DNA from: Candidatus Saccharimonadota bacterium
Lineage (GTDB): Bacteria; Bacteroidota; Bacteroidia; Flavobacteriales; Blattabacteriaceae
NCBI RefSeq assembly: GCF_014252415.1
Contig: NZ_CP059223.1
Span: 360,001-392,000, forward strand
DNA: 32,000 nt
Direction of reading: 5' to 3'
Positions within the stretch are counted from its first letter, which is position 1. Every line of letters begins with the position of its first letter. Below are positions 29,446 to 32,000 of this stretch, piece after piece. The notes under the pieces are model-generated. The model did no database searches and was not told where the DNA came from. It worked only from the letters and a program-made list of their open reading frames with translations. The position numbers were made by a program, and so were the translations under genes.

Positions 29446-31166
29446 TTATTATTTATCTTTTTTATTTTTAATAATATTTTTTTTTCATCTAAAAAAAATT
29501 TTTTAATTATAAAAAAGAATCCAATATTAATAATATTAGAAATGAAATAATATAAAGATAAAGCAGATGCATAACTATTTATAAATAATAACATAACAAA
29601 TGGCATTAAGTATAACATAATATCCATATTATTAGATGATAAGTAATTATCACTATTACTCATAGTGTTTTTTCCATCATTACTTAATTTTGTATAAATC
29701 AATAAAGCTATAGAATATAATAAAGTAAGTAAACTTATATGATTTCCATAAAATGGAATAAAAAATGGTAATTCTAATATAGAATCATATGATGTTAAAT
29801 CTTCAACCCATAAAAATGATTTACCTCTAAGATTAATCAAGGTAGGAAAAAATTTAAATAATGAATAAAAAATTGGGATTTGAAAAATTGCAGATAAACA
29901 TCCAGACATAGGATTAATACCAACTTTTTTATATAAACTAATTATAGATTTTTGTTTTTCTATTATATTTTTATTTCCAAATTTTTTATTAATCTTTTCT
30001 ATATAAGGACGAATTAATTTCATAGTAACACTTAATTTATATTGATTATATGTAATCGGGTATAATATTAATTTTACTACTATAGTCATGAGAATTATTA
30101 TTATTCCATAATTTAAATTAGTATTTTCCAATAATTTAAATATTGGTAAAAAAAAATATTTATTAATCAATTTCAAAAACCCCCATCCAAATGGAATTAT
30201 ATCTTCATAATTATTATTATATGTTCTTAATAAACTAAAATCTAATGGACCAAAATAAAAACGTGTAAAAAAATTTAATTCTTTTCTTTTATTTGGATTT
30301 AAATAAGTATTAATACGAATCATTTTCAAAAATTTATTAGAATTAAAGTTTTTAGAATAAACATGTACATTTTTCAATTCATTTTTTGGATGAAAAATAG
30401 TTGTAAAAAATTGTTGTTTACAAGCAAACCATTTAATATTATTAATATTTCTATTTTCCGAATTTTTCTCGGATAAGTATTCTAATTTATTTTTATCTAA
30501 ATCATGAGAATAATAATATAATTGTGTATAAGAATTTTCCCAATTTTTATCTTTTTCCAATGGAAAAATATTTTGTTCTAAATTTATGAATACAGTATTA
30601 TTTAATTTAAATTTTTCTGTTTTTACAGAAAAATTTAAATCATATTGTTTTTTTGTTCCTATTTTATATATATAATATAAATTTCCTTTTTCCCTATTAT
30701 TATTATTTAAATTTTTATACATTAAAATAAGTGTTGTAAATTTTTTATCCTTTTTAAATAAAATAGGCTTAAATAAAATATTACCTGTATCAATTTTACT
30801 CCCATTTTTTTTATCATAAAAATTCATTTTATAAAATAAACTATAATTTTTTACTAAAAAAAGATTTCTTTTATGATAAGATTGAATTGGATCATAAGAT
30901 TTATATTTTTTTAAAAAAACTTCATTGATAGTACCTCCTATATTAGATATTTTTAATTTTAACACTTCATTTTCTAATATAAAAAATTGTTCTTTTAATT
31001 TCTTTTTTTCAAAAAAATTATATTGTTTTTTATAGTTAAGATTATGTTCAATTTTTTTTTCTTGAAAAAAAGATTTTTCTTCAATAAAAAATGAAAAAGT
31101 TAGCAAAACTATAATAATAAGAAATAATCCTATTATAAAATTATAATCTGTATTTTTTCCTTTCAT
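29442..31166 (-). CDS. yidC: Membrane protein insertase YidC (long form with large periplasmic domain)
   Basis: The conserved C-terminal core is present: KLILYPITYNQYKLSVTMKLIRPYIEKINKKF...GINPMSGCLSAIFQIPIFYSLF...FLWVEDL. I chose the ATG at 31166 (MKGKNTDYN...). The ORF-track start at 31178 is a TTG four codons upstream. Confidence 0.94.
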   Translation of the reverse strand: MKGKNTDYNFIIGLFLIIIVLLTFSFFIEEKSFFQEKKIEHNLNYKKQYNFFEKKKLKEQFFILENEVLKLKISNIGGTINEVFLKKYKSYDPIQSYHKRNLFLVKNYSLFYKMNFYDKKNGSKIDTGNILFKPILFKKDKKFTTLILMYKNLNNNNREKGNLYYIYKIGTKKQYDLNFSVKTEKFKLNNTVFINLEQNIFPLEKDKNWENSYTQLYYYSHDLDKNKLEYLSEKNSENRNINNIKWFACKQQFFTTIFHPKNELKNVHVYSKNFNSNKFLKMIRINTYLNPNKRKELNFFTRFYFGPLDFSLLRTYNNNYEDIIPFGWGFLKLINKYFFLPIFKLLENTNLNYGIIIILMTIVVKLILYPITYNQYKLSVTMKLIRPYIEKINKKFGNKNIIEKQKSIISLYKKVGINPMSGCLSAIFQIPIFYSLFKFFPTLINLRGKSFLWVEDLTSYDSILELPFFIPFYGNHISLLTLLYSIALLIYTKLSNDGKNTMSNSDNYLSSNNMDIMLYLMPFVMLLFINSYASALSLYYFISNIINIGFFFIIKKFFLDEKKILLKIKKINNN

Positions 31167-31188
31167 ATTATATAACAATTATTAATTA

Positions 31189-32000
31189 TTATAATGATTT
31201 ATATTTTTTATTTTTAGAAGTTAATACAAAAGAAATAAATAATGGATGAGGATTAATTATTGTACTTTTATATTCTGGATGATATTGAACGCCTATAAAA
31301 AATATATGATTTTTTAATTCTAAAGCTTCTACTAAACCAGTTTCGGGGTTTAATCCTACAGGTTTCATACCCGCTTTAGAAAAATGATTAAAATAATTAT
31401 TATTAAATTCATATCTATGACGATGTCTTTCTAAAATTTCTTTTTTTCCATAAATAGAAAATAACTTAGATCCCTTTAATAAAATACATCTCCAATTTCC
31501 TAAACGCATTGTTCCTCCTTTATAAAAAATATTTTTTTGTTTTTCCATTAAATTTATGATAGGATGATTAGTATTAGGATTTGATTCACATGTATCTGCT
31601 TCTTTTATTCCTAAAACATTTCTTGCAAATTCTACAGCAGAAATTTGCATTCCTAAACATATTCCAAGAAATGGTATTTTTTTTTCTCTAGCATATTTTG
31701 CTGCCAATATTTTTCCTTCTATTCCTCTTTTTCCAAAACCTGGGGCTATTAAAATTCCTGATACATGATTAAAAGTCGATTCAATATTTTCTTTATTGAT
31801 TAAATCAGAATAAATCCATTTTATTTTAATATTAATATTATTTTTTGTTCCTGCATGAATTAATGATTCTATAATAGATTTATAAGAATCATGTAACAAA
31901 ATATATTTTCCAACTAATGCAATTTTAATTTTAAATTTAGGATTTTTATATTTTTTTAGAAAAGAGGTCCATTCAATTAAATGATGGCAATTTTTTTTTT
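31189..32000 (-). CDS. pyrG: CTP synthase, C-terminal part (5' end lies outside the window)
   Basis: Glutamine-amidotransferase-domain motifs GICLGMQ and HRHRYEFN are present. The frame stays open upstream of the ORF-track TTG (...KIALVGKYILLHDSYKS...) all the way to position 32000, so the gene is truncated by the window edge. Confidence 0.96.
   Translation of the reverse strand, partial: KKNCHHLIEWTSFLKKYKNPKFKIKIALVGKYILLHDSYKSIIESLIHAGTKNNINIKIKWIYSDLINKENIESTFNHVSGILIAPGFGKRGIEGKILAAKYAREKKIPFLGICLGMQISAVEFARNVLGIKEADTCESNPNTNHPIINLMEKQKNIFYKGGTMRLGNWRCILLKGSKLFSIYGKKEILERHRHRYEFNNNYFNHFSKAGMKPVGLNPETGLVEALELKNHIFFIGVQYHPEYKSTIINPHPLFISFVLTSKNKKYKSL

Noticed and set aside
1-32000. Possible UGA-to-Trp recoding (genetic code 4), as seen in some tiny symbiont genomes.
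   Set aside because: All conserved genes are intact under the standard code. The Trp codons I checked are TGG, for example DWKGWK in eno. TGA terminates at least rplQ, rplN, rplP, rpsC, rpsL and cdsA at the expected protein ends.
1-32000. Search for rRNA, tRNA, CRISPR arrays, transposases, integrases, phage genes, toxin-antitoxin or defence systems, and any uncharacterised multi-gene system.
   Set aside because: Nothing was found. Every ORF of meaningful size is a recognisable housekeeping gene. Non-coding gaps are at most about 180 bp and too A/T-rich for structured RNA genes. The tandem repeat in rplW is the only repeat.

Overview
The window is extremely A+T-rich (by eye about four-fifths A+T; not computed) and almost entirely coding. 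It looks like a housekeeping core region from a strongly reduced bacterial genome. The most likely source is a Flavobacteriales (Bacteroidota) obligate insect endosymbiont of the Blattabacterium/Sulcia type; the species cannot be determined from sequence alone. Evidence for that placement: fusA is followed directly by rpsJ with no tuf, L36 is the Cys-poor type, YidC is the long form, there are no obvious Shine-Dalgarno sequences, and the proteins resemble flavobacterial orthologues.

Coordinates 69-22685 form one unbroken minus-strand string of 39 genes: rplM-rpsI-rpsB-tsf-gpmI-map-rpsL-rpsG-fusA-rpsJ-rplC-rplD-rplW-rplB-rpsS-rplV-rpsC-rplP-rpmC-rpsQ-rplN-rplX-rplE-rpsN-rpsH-rplF-rplR-rpsE-rplO-secY-infA-rpmJ-rpsM-rpsK-rpsD-rpoA-rplQ-eno. 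This string includes rpmJ, which the ORF track missed. It is followed by dnaK (+), psd-cdsA-ftsH-rsfS (-), birA (+), yidC (-) and the 3' part of pyrG (-, running off the window).

I found no rRNA, tRNA, CRISPR array, mobile element, defence system or other accessory system. I do not think this window contains a novel multi-gene system.

The one clearly unusual structure is a perfect 18-bp x7 tandem repeat at the rplW/rplB junction. It is in frame with rplW, adds an (INKETT)7 tail to ribosomal protein uL23, and pushes the rplW stop codon 47 nt into rplB.

Secondary observations:
- rpmD is missing between rpsE and rplO.
- The biotin-binding loop of BirA departs from the E. coli sequence.
- The only sizeable intergenic region (rplM/dnaK) contains a cluster of short motifs.
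- Many stop/start overlaps occur, several of the ATGA type.
- Poly(A/T) tracts of 10-13 nt lie inside essential genes.
- L24 is truncated.

Several ORF-track starts are upstream artefacts, some on TTG codons, and were trimmed to the conserved N-termini.
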